From contig JAFLVN010000007.1 of the NCBI GenBank assembly GCA_022508285.1, positions 999 through 64,998 on the forward strand: a stretch of DNA of 64,000 nucleotides, given 5' to 3'. Numbering within the stretch: position 1 is the first letter of the stretch; every line of letters begins with the position of its first letter. The notes below the pieces were generated by a model. That model was not told the origin of the DNA. It did not search any database and saw only the letters and a list, made by a program, of their open reading frames with translations. Positions 9,138-21,887 of the stretch are shown piece after piece. Source of the DNA: Clostridiales bacterium. GTDB taxonomy: Bacteria > Bacillota > Clostridia > Christensenellales > Borkfalkiaceae. A program made the position numbers and the translations under genes.

Positions 9138-10643
9138 ATGAAATTCAAAAAAACATTGCTTTTAGCTTTGCTGATTTGTCTTTTTAGCACTGCTTTTGCC
9201 CTCATTGCTACCGCTTGCAGCAACAACGACGATAAAGCTAAGCACACCCACACTTACACAGACACCGTAACTCCTGCAACCTGCACCGAGCAGGGTTACA
9301 CCACCCACACTTGTGTAGACTGCAACGATTCCTACGTTGATACATACGTTGACGCTTTAGGGCATAAGTATAGAGAAATCGTTATACCGGCAACCTGCAC
9401 CGAACAGGGCTATACCGTACACAAGTGCTCGAGGTGCAATGACAGCTACGCTGATACATATGTTGACGCTTTAGGTCATGACTACGAAGACAGCGTAGTT
9501 GAAGCTACCTGCACCGACCAAGGCTATACCACGCATCAGTGCACAAGATGCGACGACAGCTACGTTGATGCGTACGTTGACGCTTTAGACCACGACTACG
9601 AAGACAGCGTGACTGACGCAACCTGCACCAAAAAGGGCTATACCACGCATCAGTGCACAAGATGCGACGACAGCTACGTTGACACATATGTTGACGCTAA
9701 AGGTCATGACTACGAAGACAGCGTAGTTGACGCTACCTGCACTGAAAGGGGATATACATTACATCAGTGCAAAAATTGTAACAACAGTTACAAGGACAAC
9801 TATACCGACGCCTTGGGACACGATTTCGTTGAAGGCGTATGCACAAAATGCAATAAGCAGGAGCTGAGCGAAGGAATCGAGTACGTGCTTTCCTCAGACG
9901 AAACCTATTATATTGTTAAAAGCATGGGAACCTGTGAAGATACCACAGTAGTCCTTAAAGGCGAGATTGATGAAATACCGGTAAAAGAGATAGCTACGAG
10001 AGCATTCGCAAGTAAAACGACGCTCACAAGCGTAGTTATACCCGAAGGCATAACCCAAATAGGTAGCTCGGCATTTGAAAGCTGCACAAAACTTGTAAGC
10101 GTAACTATTCCCGCAAGTATAACGTCTATCGGGAATAATGCTTTCAAGTCTTGCTCGGCTCTTAACGGAGTTTATATCACCGATATAGTAAAATGGTGCC
10201 AGATAACTTTCGGCAACGCAGATGCTAGTCCCATATCTAATGCAAAAGGCCTATATTTAAAAGGAGAACTTATAACTGAACTTCAAATTAATGACAATTC
10301 TCTTATATCTATAAGCAACTATGCATTTTACTGCGCTAAATTTACCAGCGTTACGATAATATCATCCAGTTTTACAACTATTAGTAGCAAGGCGTTCAGT
10401 ACTTGCAGTTCGTTGCAAAGCGCAGTGTTTAGTTGCCCGAAATTAAATTATATCGGCGATTCGGCATTTAACGCCTGCACGAAATTAAAATCCGTAACAA
10501 TACCATCCACTGCCACAACAAATTGGACTTGCTCAGCTACGGGGCAGGTTATTCAATTAACGCAAACTCAAATGAAAACTCCCACAACACTTGCAACACT
10601 TTTAACCGGTCAATACGTTGGTTTTATTTGGACGAGAAAATAG
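9138..10643 (+). CDS. Surface lipoprotein with N-terminal Cys-rich tandem repeats and C-terminal BspA-type leucine-rich repeats
   Basis: Signal peptide plus lipobox (LIATAC, Cys27). Five to six 38-aa repeats are followed by LRR_5-like units (IPEGITQIGSSAFESCTKLVSVTIPASITSIGNNAFKSC). GGAGAAG SD site. Confidence 0.75.
   Translation: MKFKKTLLLALLICLFSTAFALIATACSNNDDKAKHTHTYTDTVTPATCTEQGYTTHTCVDCNDSYVDTYVDALGHKYREIVIPATCTEQGYTVHKCSRCNDSYADTYVDALGHDYEDSVVEATCTDQGYTTHQCTRCDDSYVDAYVDALDHDYEDSVTDATCTKKGYTTHQCTRCDDSYVDTYVDAKGHDYEDSVVDATCTERGYTLHQCKNCNNSYKDNYTDALGHDFVEGVCTKCNKQELSEGIEYVLSSDETYYIVKSMGTCEDTTVVLKGEIDEIPVKEIATRAFASKTTLTSVVIPEGITQIGSSAFESCTKLVSVTIPASITSIGNNAFKSCSALNGVYITDIVKWCQITFGNADASPISNAKGLYLKGELITELQINDNSLISISNYAFYCAKFTSVTIISSSFTTISSKAFSTCSSLQSAVFSCPKLNYIGDSAFNACTKLKSVTIPSTATTNWTCSATGQVIQLTQTQMKTPTTLATLLTGQYVGFIWTRK
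9249..9850 (+). repeat. Tandem 114-bp (38-aa) coding repeats inside the lipoprotein gene
   Basis: Repeat unit ATCTEQGYTxHxCxxCxDSYVDxYVDALGHxYExSVx, seen five times plus a partial sixth (GVCTKCNK). Confidence 0.8.
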
Positions 10644-10688
10644 TATAACCTCAATAACACACGCTTTGCATGCTTCCCCCAAAGCAGT

Positions 10689-10717
10689 GCCGCCCGCAGA
10701 AGTTTTCTGCGGGCGGC
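10689..10717. terminator. GC-rich hairpin terminator downstream of the lipoprotein gene
   Basis: GCCGCCCGCAGAAGTTTTCTGCGGGCGGC followed by TTCTCTTT. It has the same 12-nt arms as the hairpin at 8800-8827. Confidence 0.55.
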
Positions 10718-10733
10718 TTCTCTTTAAAAAATT

Positions 10734-10769
10734 TTCCGCTTGACTTGCTTTGCAGTTCGTCAAGCGGAA
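10734..10769 (-). terminator. rpoC intrinsic terminator
   Basis: 11-bp stem TTCCGCTTGAC/GTCAAGCGGAA. On the reverse strand it is followed by AAATTTTTT. Confidence 0.55.
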
Positions 10770-10802
10770 TTGTGTTTAAGAAATCTTGGTTAAGCGGAAC
10801 GC

Positions 10803-14471
<3,669 letters not shown>

Positions 14472-14484
14472 ATATTACCTCCCT

Positions 14485-17400
14485 TTACTCCTCGTCCTTA
14501 TCGTCGCCGAAGATGTCTGCGCCGAGGTCAACCTCGTCATCCTCATCTTCTTCGTCCTCGTCGAAGAGTGTGAATTTGTCGCCGAGGTCATCGTCGTCAC
14601 CGAAGTCGTCCATATCCTCGTCGTCCTCGCCGAAGAGCTCTTTGCTTGCAAAGTCGTCTTCATCGTTGTCGAATATGGATACGTCGAGGTCGAGGTCGCC
14701 GTCCACGCCGTGCTCTTTGACGATATCCAATTCTTCCTCGGGCTTAGCGTCTTCGATTTCCTGAATTTCACGTGCCCTTGCGGTGGGTATTGCGTCGTCA
14801 TCGTCGTCAAGCTCACGGATTATGAGCTCTTCGCCGTTTTCGGTGAGCACCTTCACGTCGAGCGCAAGCGACTGAAGTTCCTTTAAGAGGACTTTGAACG
14901 CCTCGGGTACGCCGGGCTCGGAAATGTTGTTGCCCTTTACAATGCTTTCGTAAGTTTTAACACGTCCTACTATATCGTCCGATTTGACGGTCAGAATTTC
15001 CTGTAAAACGTGAGCCGCGCCGTAAGCCTCGAGCGCCCAAACTTCCATTTCGCCGAAACGCTGTCCGCCGAACTGCGCCTTACCGCCGAGTGGCTGCTGG
15101 GTAACTATACTGTAAGGTCCGATTGAGCGGGCGTGAATCTTGTCGTCGACAAGGTGTATAAGTTTAATCATATACTGTACGCCGACTGTAACCCTGTTTT
15201 CAAACGGTTCGCCCGTTCTGCCGTCGTATACCTGAATCTTGCCGTCAACCTTGCCTTCCGGGTTCAAAATGTTGTTTTCCTGGAATAACTTTTTGATATC
15301 CTGCTCGGTTGCGCCGTCGAATACGGGGGTGGCAATCTTCCAGCCGAGCTGTTTGCAGACAAGGCCCAAGTGAACCTCGAGCACCTGTCCGATATTCATA
15401 CGGGAAGGAACGCCGAGGGGGTTCAGAACGATTTGCAGGGGAGTACCGTCCGCAAGGAAGGGCATATCCGCCTGGGGAAGCACACGTGAGATAACGCCCT
15501 TGTTACCGTGACGTCCCGCCATCTTGTCGCCGACCTGTATTTTACGCTTCTGCGCAATATATACACGCACCAACTTGGAAACGCCGGGCGAAAGCTCGTC
15601 CTTATTTTCACGGGTGAATACCTTTACGTCTACTACTATACCGCCCTCGCCGTGAGGCACTTTAAGGGAGGTATCTCTGACCTCTCTCGCCTTTTCGCCG
15701 AATATGGCTCTTAAAAGTCTTTCCTCGGGAGTGAGCTCGGTCTCGCCCTTGGGCGTAACCTTACCTACGAGAATATCACCCGTCTGAACTTCTGCGCCTA
15801 TTCTTATAATACCGTCAGCGTCGAGGTCTTTTAAAGCGTCCTCGGAAACATTGGGGATGTCCCTTGTGATTTCCTCAGCGCCGAGCTTGGTGTCTCGAGC
15901 CTCTGTCTCGTGCTCCTCAATGTGGATTGAGGTGAACACGTCGTCCTGCACGAGCTTTTCGGAGATGAGGATTGCGTCTTCGTAGTTGTAGCCCTCCCAC
16001 TCCATGTAGCCGATTAATATGTTCTTGCCGAGCGCAAGCTCGCCGTTGCTGGTTGCAGGACCGTCTGCGATTATTTCGCCCGCCTCAACTCTGTCGCCCG
16101 TGTTGATTATGGGGCGCTGATTTAAGCAGGTGCACTGGTTAGAGCGCTCGAATTTCTTTAATTTATATTCTGTGATAAGTCCGTTGTCTTCCTGAATTTT
16201 AATCATATCGGAAGAAACGGCAACGGCAACGCCGCCGTTTTTAGCGTGAACCATAACGCCGCTGTCACGGGCGATTGCGCCCTCTATACCGGTGGCAACG
16301 ATAGCCGACTCGGTCTTCATAAGGGGCACTGCCTGACGCTGCATGTTCGAGCCCATCAGAGCACGGTTGGTATCGTCGTTCTCGAGGAAGGGAATGAGCG
16401 CAGTCGCAACCGATACAAGCTGCTTAGGAGAAACGTCCATATAGTCCATTCTCTCGGGGGGATACTGCGTTATGAGGTCACGGTGACGGCAACCGATATG
16501 CGCATTGACAAAGTGGTTGTTTTCGTCAAGCGGTTCGTTCGCCTGTGCAACGACGTACCTGTCTTCCTCGTCCGCCGTAAGATAGTCCACGTGGTCGGTA
16601 ACCGTAGTTCCGATAACCTTGCCGTCGGCGTCGTACTCGTGCTCAACCTTTCTGTACGGGCTCATTATAAATCCGTATTCGTTTACCTTTGAGAAGGTTG
16701 CAAGCGAGGAAATAAGACCTATGTTCTGACCTTCGGGGGTCTCTATGGGGCAGAGACGACCGTAGTGCGAGTGGTGAACGTCGCGCACTTCGAAGGTCGC
16801 TCTGTCTCTGTTCAAACCGCCGGGACCGAGTGCGGAAAGCTTACGCTTGTGCGTGAGCTCGGCGGCGGGGTTGGTCTGGTCCATGAACTGCGAGAGCTGG
16901 GATGAACCGAAGAACTCTCTGATTACCGCCGATACGGGGCGCACGTTAACAAGTCCAGAAGGGGTAACTTCCATTGCGTCCTGCGTTGCCATGCGCTCTT
17001 TAATGAGCTTTTCAAGCCTTGCTATACCTATGCGGAGCTGATTCTGCAAGAGCTCGCCCACCGAGCGCACACGGCGGTTGCCGAGGTGGTCGATATTGTC
17101 TATAGTGCCGATGCCGTACTGCAAATCGATATTGGTAGAAATTGCTGCTACGATATCGTCAACCGTAATATGCTTGTGGTTGAGCTTTTCAACGACGGGC
17201 TTGATTTCCTTCTTTTCCTCGTTGTCGAGCTCAGTCTTGTCGGAGGTAAGGAGCTCGTTGAACTTTTTGCAGGCAGCAACGAATTTGATTCTCTGCTCGC
17301 ATCTCTTCTCCCTGTTTTTCTTGTCCTCGGGCTTTTCGTCCTCGCTTTCGGGAGTTTCCGCAACATAGTATATTGCGTTTATTTCGTCAACAAACTTTTC

Positions 17401-18573
17401 GGCAACCTCTTCGACCTTTGCGTTTTCGCACTCCGCCGCAATTTTCTTCATAAACATGAAGTTGGGATAGTATATTGTAGGCAGAAGCCCGAACGTCTTG
17501 TGGGGCTTGTCTGAAACGGAGCGGAAATTTATAGAGTTGTTAGCGATAATCTTGTGTTTGATTTCGCCCTGCTCGGGGTCGGAAACGAGCACGAACACTT
17601 CGTTAACGCCGCTATCCTGCATCTCGATTGCCTGCGCTTCGGACACGATATCGCCCGTGTGCGCCATAACTTCGCCCGTCTCGGGATTTATAACGTCCTC
17701 TGCGAGCTTGCAGCCGGGAAGTCTGTATGCGAGGTTAAGCTTTTTATTGAACTTGTATCTGCCCACCTTGACAACGTCGTAACGACGGGGGTCAAAGAAC
17801 AGATTGTTGAGGTGCTGACGAACGGAAGCCTCGGTAGGAACTTCACCGGGGCGCAGACGGCGGTACAGCTCTATAAGGCCGTCGCTCTCGGACTTGGTGG
17901 TGTCCTTGGCGATGGTGTTTTCAATCATCTTGTCGTTTGCAAACAAGTCCATAAGCGACCTGTCCGAACCGAAGCCGAGCGCACGCAAGAGCACGGTGGC
18001 GCAGATTTTACGCTTTCTGTCTACGTGTACCCATAAAACGCCCTGAGCGTCCTGCTCAAGCTCCAGCCATGCGCCTCGGTTGGGAATAACCGTGGTTGCA
18101 AACATTTCCTTGCCCGACTTATCTCGGGTGGAAGCGTTGTAAACTCCGGGTGAGCGGACGAGCTGAGATACGATAACACGCTCCGCTCCGTTGATTATGA
18201 ACGAGCCGGAGTCGGTCATAAGCGGGAAATCGCCCATAAATACGTCCTGGTCGATGACGTCGCCACGTACCTTGTTTACAAGGCGGACTTTGACGTGCAT
18301 CGGGAGAGCGTATGTTGCGTCACGGTTACGGCACTCCTTTTCGTCGTATTTGGGCTTCTCGTCGAACCAGTGATCAACGAAATAAAGCTCGTAGTGGTCG
18401 GAGTAGTCGGTGATGGGCATGAAGTCTTCAAACACTTCGGTTATGCCATCTTTGATAAACGCATTGTAGCTCGACTTCTGAATCTCAACGAGGTTGGGAA
18501 TGTCGATTACTTCGTTAATCTTACCGAACTTACGCCTTTCGGTTTTGCCATACTTGTGAATCGGTAAATTCAT
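14485..18573 (-). CDS. rpoB: DNA-directed RNA polymerase subunit beta, with an extended acidic C-terminal tail
   Basis: 1362 aa with conserved blocks ([46 protein letters not shown]). GGAG SD site. It ends 13 nt before rpoC. Confidence 0.98.
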   Translation of the reverse strand: MNLPIHKYGKTERRKFGKINEVIDIPNLVEIQKSSYNAFIKDGITEVFEDFMPITDYSDHYELYFVDHWFDEKPKYDEKECRNRDATYALPMHVKVRLVNKVRGDVIDQDVFMGDFPLMTDSGSFIINGAERVIVSQLVRSPGVYNASTRDKSGKEMFATTVIPNRGAWLELEQDAQGVLWVHVDRKRKICATVLLRALGFGSDRSLMDLFANDKMIENTIAKDTTKSESDGLIELYRRLRPGEVPTEASVRQHLNNLFFDPRRYDVVKVGRYKFNKKLNLAYRLPGCKLAEDVINPETGEVMAHTGDIVSEAQAIEMQDSGVNEVFVLVSDPEQGEIKHKIIANNSINFRSVSDKPHKTFGLLPTIYYPNFMFMKKIAAECENAKVEEVAEKFVDEINAIYYVAETPESEDEKPEDKKNREKRCEQRIKFVAACKKFNELLTSDKTELDNEEKKEIKPVVEKLNHKHITVDDIVAAISTNIDLQYGIGTIDNIDHLGNRRVRSVGELLQNQLRIGIARLEKLIKERMATQDAMEVTPSGLVNVRPVSAVIREFFGSSQLSQFMDQTNPAAELTHKRKLSALGPGGLNRDRATFEVRDVHHSHYGRLCPIETPEGQNIGLISSLATFSKVNEYGFIMSPYRKVEHEYDADGKVIGTTVTDHVDYLTADEEDRYVVAQANEPLDENNHFVNAHIGCRHRDLITQYPPERMDYMDVSPKQLVSVATALIPFLENDDTNRALMGSNMQRQAVPLMKTESAIVATGIEGAIARDSGVMVHAKNGGVAVAVSSDMIKIQEDNGLITEYKLKKFERSNQCTCLNQRPIINTGDRVEAGEIIADGPATSNGELALGKNILIGYMEWEGYNYEDAILISEKLVQDDVFTSIHIEEHETEARDTKLGAEEITRDIPNVSEDALKDLDADGIIRIGAEVQTGDILVGKVTPKGETELTPEERLLRAIFGEKAREVRDTSLKVPHGEGGIVVDVKVFTRENKDELSPGVSKLVRVYIAQKRKIQVGDKMAGRHGNKGVISRVLPQADMPFLADGTPLQIVLNPLGVPSRMNIGQVLEVHLGLVCKQLGWKIATPVFDGATEQDIKKLFQENNILNPEGKVDGKIQVYDGRTGEPFENRVTVGVQYMIKLIHLVDDKIHARSIGPYSIVTQQPLGGKAQFGGQRFGEMEVWALEAYGAAHVLQEILTVKSDDIVGRVKTYESIVKGNNISEPGVPEAFKVLLKELQSLALDVKVLTENGEELIIRELDDDDDAIPTARAREIQEIEDAKPEEELDIVKEHGVDGDLDLDVSIFDNDEDDFASKELFGEDDEDMDDFGDDDDLGDKFTLFDEDEEDEDDEVDLGADIFGDDKDEE

Positions 18574-19064
18574 TAAAAAGAACTCCTTTTTGGCGGTACT
18601 GCCGTTATATTTTCACATTTTGGCGATTGCACGGATATATCTTTTCACCGCGCAGAATCTAAAAATGCATGTTACCTAAATGTTTCGCTCAAATTGCAAG
18701 CAATTTGCAGCGAGGTTGCTGTTGACGTAATTTTCTTAACGGGCGAAATCAATCCGCCCTTGAAAATTTCGGCGTCAATAATTTTAAAAAATTAAAGCTT
18801 TTTTGTCCCCTATACGTGGGCGCACAAACATATTATTAAATAAAAATTTTTTAATTGCCGATAAATTTTTGCTCTCTACCCTTTACAAGCGGTAAAAATT
18901 AGTGTATACTTAGCGGGTAAAACTCAACATGTATTGGCAATTCGTGTCGGATTTTTGTGTTTATTTTCCGCTCAAAATAGAAAAAGGTGACAAAAATCGC
19001 ATTTTAATACATTGTACTATTGTAAACCTAAATTTCTCACAAGTCAAGCATTTTTTTAAAAAAT

Positions 19065-19310
19065 ATGAGAATTGATAAATTTTTAAAATTATCCCGCATT
19101 TTAAAGAGGCGCACGCTCGCCGAGGAGGCCTGCGAAAAGGGTAAAGTTTCCGTAAACGGCAGAGAGGTTAAGCCGGGGCACCGCATTAAAGTCGGCGACG
19201 TTGTAGAAGTGGCTTTTGCGGGCGGCTCGGTGAAATTCAGAATACTCGATATAAAAGAGACGGTAAAAAAGGACGATGCCGCCTCCCTCTACGAAATAAT
19301 CCAAGAGTGA
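19065..19310 (+). CDS. rqcP: S4-domain RNA-binding protein, RqcP/YabO (Hsp15-like) family
   Basis: 81 aa. MRIDKFLKLSRILKRRTLAEEACEKGKVSVNG closely parallels B. subtilis YabO as I remember it. Confidence 0.75.
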   Translation: MRIDKFLKLSRILKRRTLAEEACEKGKVSVNGREVKPGHRIKVGDVVEVAFAGGSVKFRILDIKETVKKDDAASLYEIIQE

Positions 19311-19313
19311 AAT

Positions 19314-20471
19314 ATGACAGAGAAAAAAGACTTTAAGGTGAGCGTGATTATCGCAGCCGCCGGCAGGGGCGAACGTGCGGGGTTTTCAAAGAACAAACTG
19401 CTTGCTCCCCTCTATGGTGCGCCGGCGCTTTGGCACACCCTAAAAAAATTCGATATACCCGAAACGGACGAAGTGATTATCGCTTCGTCTGAACGTGATT
19501 TTAAGGAAATTTCCGCCCTCGCAAAATACTTCGGCTATAAAGTTGTAAAGGGCGGCGCAACCCGCACCGAGAGCGTTAAAAATGCACTTGAGGCAGTTAC
19601 GGGCGACATTGTGTTAATACACGACGGTGCACGCCCCTTTGTCAGTCGTGAGCTTATATTAAAATGTATAGACAGCGTTACGCTGTTCGGAAGCGCAGTA
19701 TGCGCCACTCCCTGCACCGACACGGTCGCAACAGTGAACGGCGGACAGATCAGCGGCTTTCACGACCGCAACACGCTGTACCGTTTGCAGACCCCGCAGG
19801 GGTTCTTTACCGATGACATCCGCCGTGCGTATACGCTTGCTGACGGCAAGAATTATACCGACGATTCCTCCGTTTACCTCGAATTTTGCGGCTGCCCTCA
19901 TATTGTCGAGGGCGAGGAGAGCAACAAAAAGCTGACCTTTGCCGAAGATTTTAAAACGGAGATACCGCAGGTCTGCGCCGCTCCAACTCAAAGAGTGGGC
20001 TTCGGCGTGGACGTACACGCCTTCTGCGAGGGTGACTTTGTCACTCTCGGTGGCGTAAAAATTGCCTGTGATAAAGCCCTGCTTGCGCACAGCGACGGCG
20101 ACGTTATATTCCATGCGATTACGGACGCCCTGCTCTCTGCGGCGGGCTTAAAGGATATAGGGCACTATTTCCCCGACACCGACCAAAAATATAAAAATGC
20201 CGACAGCGCACAGATGTGCGCCGCCGCACTTAAAGAAGTGCAGAAAGCGGGATATGTGCCGCTCAACATATCAATTTCCGTGCAGGCGGAAAAACCCCGA
20301 CTTGCCGCATATGTGGACAAAATAATATCAAATATCGCACACGTGCTTGAAATTGCAACCGAAAACGTAGCCGTTGCGGCGGGCACTTGCGAATACCTCG
20401 GCTTCGTGGGCGAGGGGCTGGGCATTGCGGCATACGCAACGGTATTATTACAAGAGGTAAAAAATGGCTAA
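19314..20471 (+). CDS. ispDF: Bifunctional MEP cytidylyltransferase / MEcPP synthase (IspD-IspF fusion)
   Basis: The N-terminal half carries VIIAAAGRGERAG (IspD). The C-terminal half carries GFGVDVHAF...LAHSDGDVIFHAITDALLSAAGLKDIGHYFPDTD (IspF). Confidence 0.9.
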   Translation: MTEKKDFKVSVIIAAAGRGERAGFSKNKLLAPLYGAPALWHTLKKFDIPETDEVIIASSERDFKEISALAKYFGYKVVKGGATRTESVKNALEAVTGDIVLIHDGARPFVSRELILKCIDSVTLFGSAVCATPCTDTVATVNGGQISGFHDRNTLYRLQTPQGFFTDDIRRAYTLADGKNYTDDSSVYLEFCGCPHIVEGEESNKKLTFAEDFKTEIPQVCAAPTQRVGFGVDVHAFCEGDFVTLGGVKIACDKALLAHSDGDVIFHAITDALLSAAGLKDIGHYFPDTDQKYKNADSAQMCAAALKEVQKAGYVPLNISISVQAEKPRLAAYVDKIISNIAHVLEIATENVAVAAGTCEYLGFVGEGLGIAAYATVLLQEVKNG

Positions 20472-21828
20472 AGCTATTACGCAGTACATATGTAACGAGT
20501 GTGGAGCCGCAAGCCCGAGATGGCTCGGAAAGTGCCCCGCATGCGGAAAATTCAATACCATGGTCGAGGAGATTGTAAAACCTGCCGAAACAACTAAGAT
20601 TGGCGTTAAAACACCAACTGCGGCAAAAGCCAAACCTCTCTCCGAAATCACTTACGAGAAATTTAACCGCACTCCTTCGGGAATTTCCGAATTCGACAAC
20701 GTGCTCGGCGGCGGAATTGTTGCCGGTTCGCTCGTGCTTTTAGGCGGCGACCCGGGAATAGGCAAGTCTACCCTTTTAACTCAGATTGCCGCACACCTGT
20801 CGGAAAATAAAAAAGTATTATACGTTTCCGCCGAGGAGAGCACGTCTCAAGTAAAAATGCGTGCACAGCGACTCAACTTGAAGTGCGAAAACATGCTGCT
20901 ACTCAACGAGACCTGCATCGATAACCTCGACGGCGAGCTCGACGGCGTGGAGTTCTGCGTAATCGACTCCATTCAGGCGGTGTATACCGACGACCTCTCC
21001 TCCTCCGCAGGTTCCGTGGGGCAGGTAAGAGAGTGCGCCGCAAAGCTTATGCGGATTGCAAAGAGCCGCAACATTACCTTTTTTATCGTGGGACACGTGA
21101 CAAAAGAGGGTGCGCTGGCAGGACCTAAAGTGCTTGAGCACATTATGGATACCGTGCTCTACTTTGAAGGTGAAAATCAGGAGAATTTCCGCATTCTGCG
21201 CTCGGTGAAAAACAGGTTCGGCAACGTTGCCGAGGTTGGCGTTTTCGAGATGACAGAGGGCGGCATTATTGCCGTGACCGACTACTCGGGCGTATTCCTC
21301 TCCGAGAGCCGTGGCGAAGAGGCGGGCTCAGCCGTTACCCCTGCACAGACGGGCGCACGGTGCATGAACGTTGAAATACAGACCCTTGTATCAAAGACGG
21401 CGTTCGGACTGCCCAGGCGTATGCCCCTCGGCATAGACTACAACAAATTGGTGCTACTCATTGCCGTCCTTGAAAAGAGGTGCGGACTGTCGCTCGGCGG
21501 CTACGATATATACGTGAACGCCATGGGAGGAATTAAACTAAATGAGCCCGCCTGCGACTTGGCGGTATGCGCCGCACTTGCCTCGGCGTACTTCGGTCAG
21601 CCGATAGATAAATACACTGCGGTATTCGGCGAGGTGGGCTTGACGGGCGAGGTGCGTGCCGTAAGCTACTGCGAAAAGCGTGTTGCCGAATGCGTTAAAA
21701 TGGGTTTTAAAAAAGTACTTGTTCCCGCAAAAAACATGAAGTCGGTAGTTAAATACACAGATAAAATATCCGTAGTCCCCGTTCTCTACGTAAACACAAT
21801 GATTAAAAATTTATTTAAAAACGAATAA
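20464..21828 (+). CDS. radA: DNA repair protein RadA/Sms
   Basis: N-terminal zinc ribbon CNECGAASPRWLGKCPACGKFNT, Walker A GGDPGIGKST, KNRFG motif and a Lon-like C-terminus. It overlaps the ispDF stop by 8 nt. Confidence 0.95.
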   Translation: MAKAITQYICNECGAASPRWLGKCPACGKFNTMVEEIVKPAETTKIGVKTPTAAKAKPLSEITYEKFNRTPSGISEFDNVLGGGIVAGSLVLLGGDPGIGKSTLLTQIAAHLSENKKVLYVSAEESTSQVKMRAQRLNLKCENMLLLNETCIDNLDGELDGVEFCVIDSIQAVYTDDLSSSAGSVGQVRECAAKLMRIAKSRNITFFIVGHVTKEGALAGPKVLEHIMDTVLYFEGENQENFRILRSVKNRFGNVAEVGVFEMTEGGIIAVTDYSGVFLSESRGEEAGSAVTPAQTGARCMNVEIQTLVSKTAFGLPRRMPLGIDYNKLVLLIAVLEKRCGLSLGGYDIYVNAMGGIKLNEPACDLAVCAALASAYFGQPIDKYTAVFGEVGLTGEVRAVSYCEKRVAECVKMGFKKVLVPAKNMKSVVKYTDKISVVPVLYVNTMIKNLFKNE

Positions 21829-21840
21829 AAACATAAAGCA

Positions 21841-21869
21841 AAAGAGCCCCGCCAATGCGGGGCTCTTTT
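21841..21869. terminator. Bidirectional intrinsic terminator
   Basis: AAAGAGCCCCG-ccaatg-CGGGGCTCTTTT between convergent radA and the giant ORF. Confidence 0.7.
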
Positions 21870-21887
21870 AATTATTAAGCCTATTGA

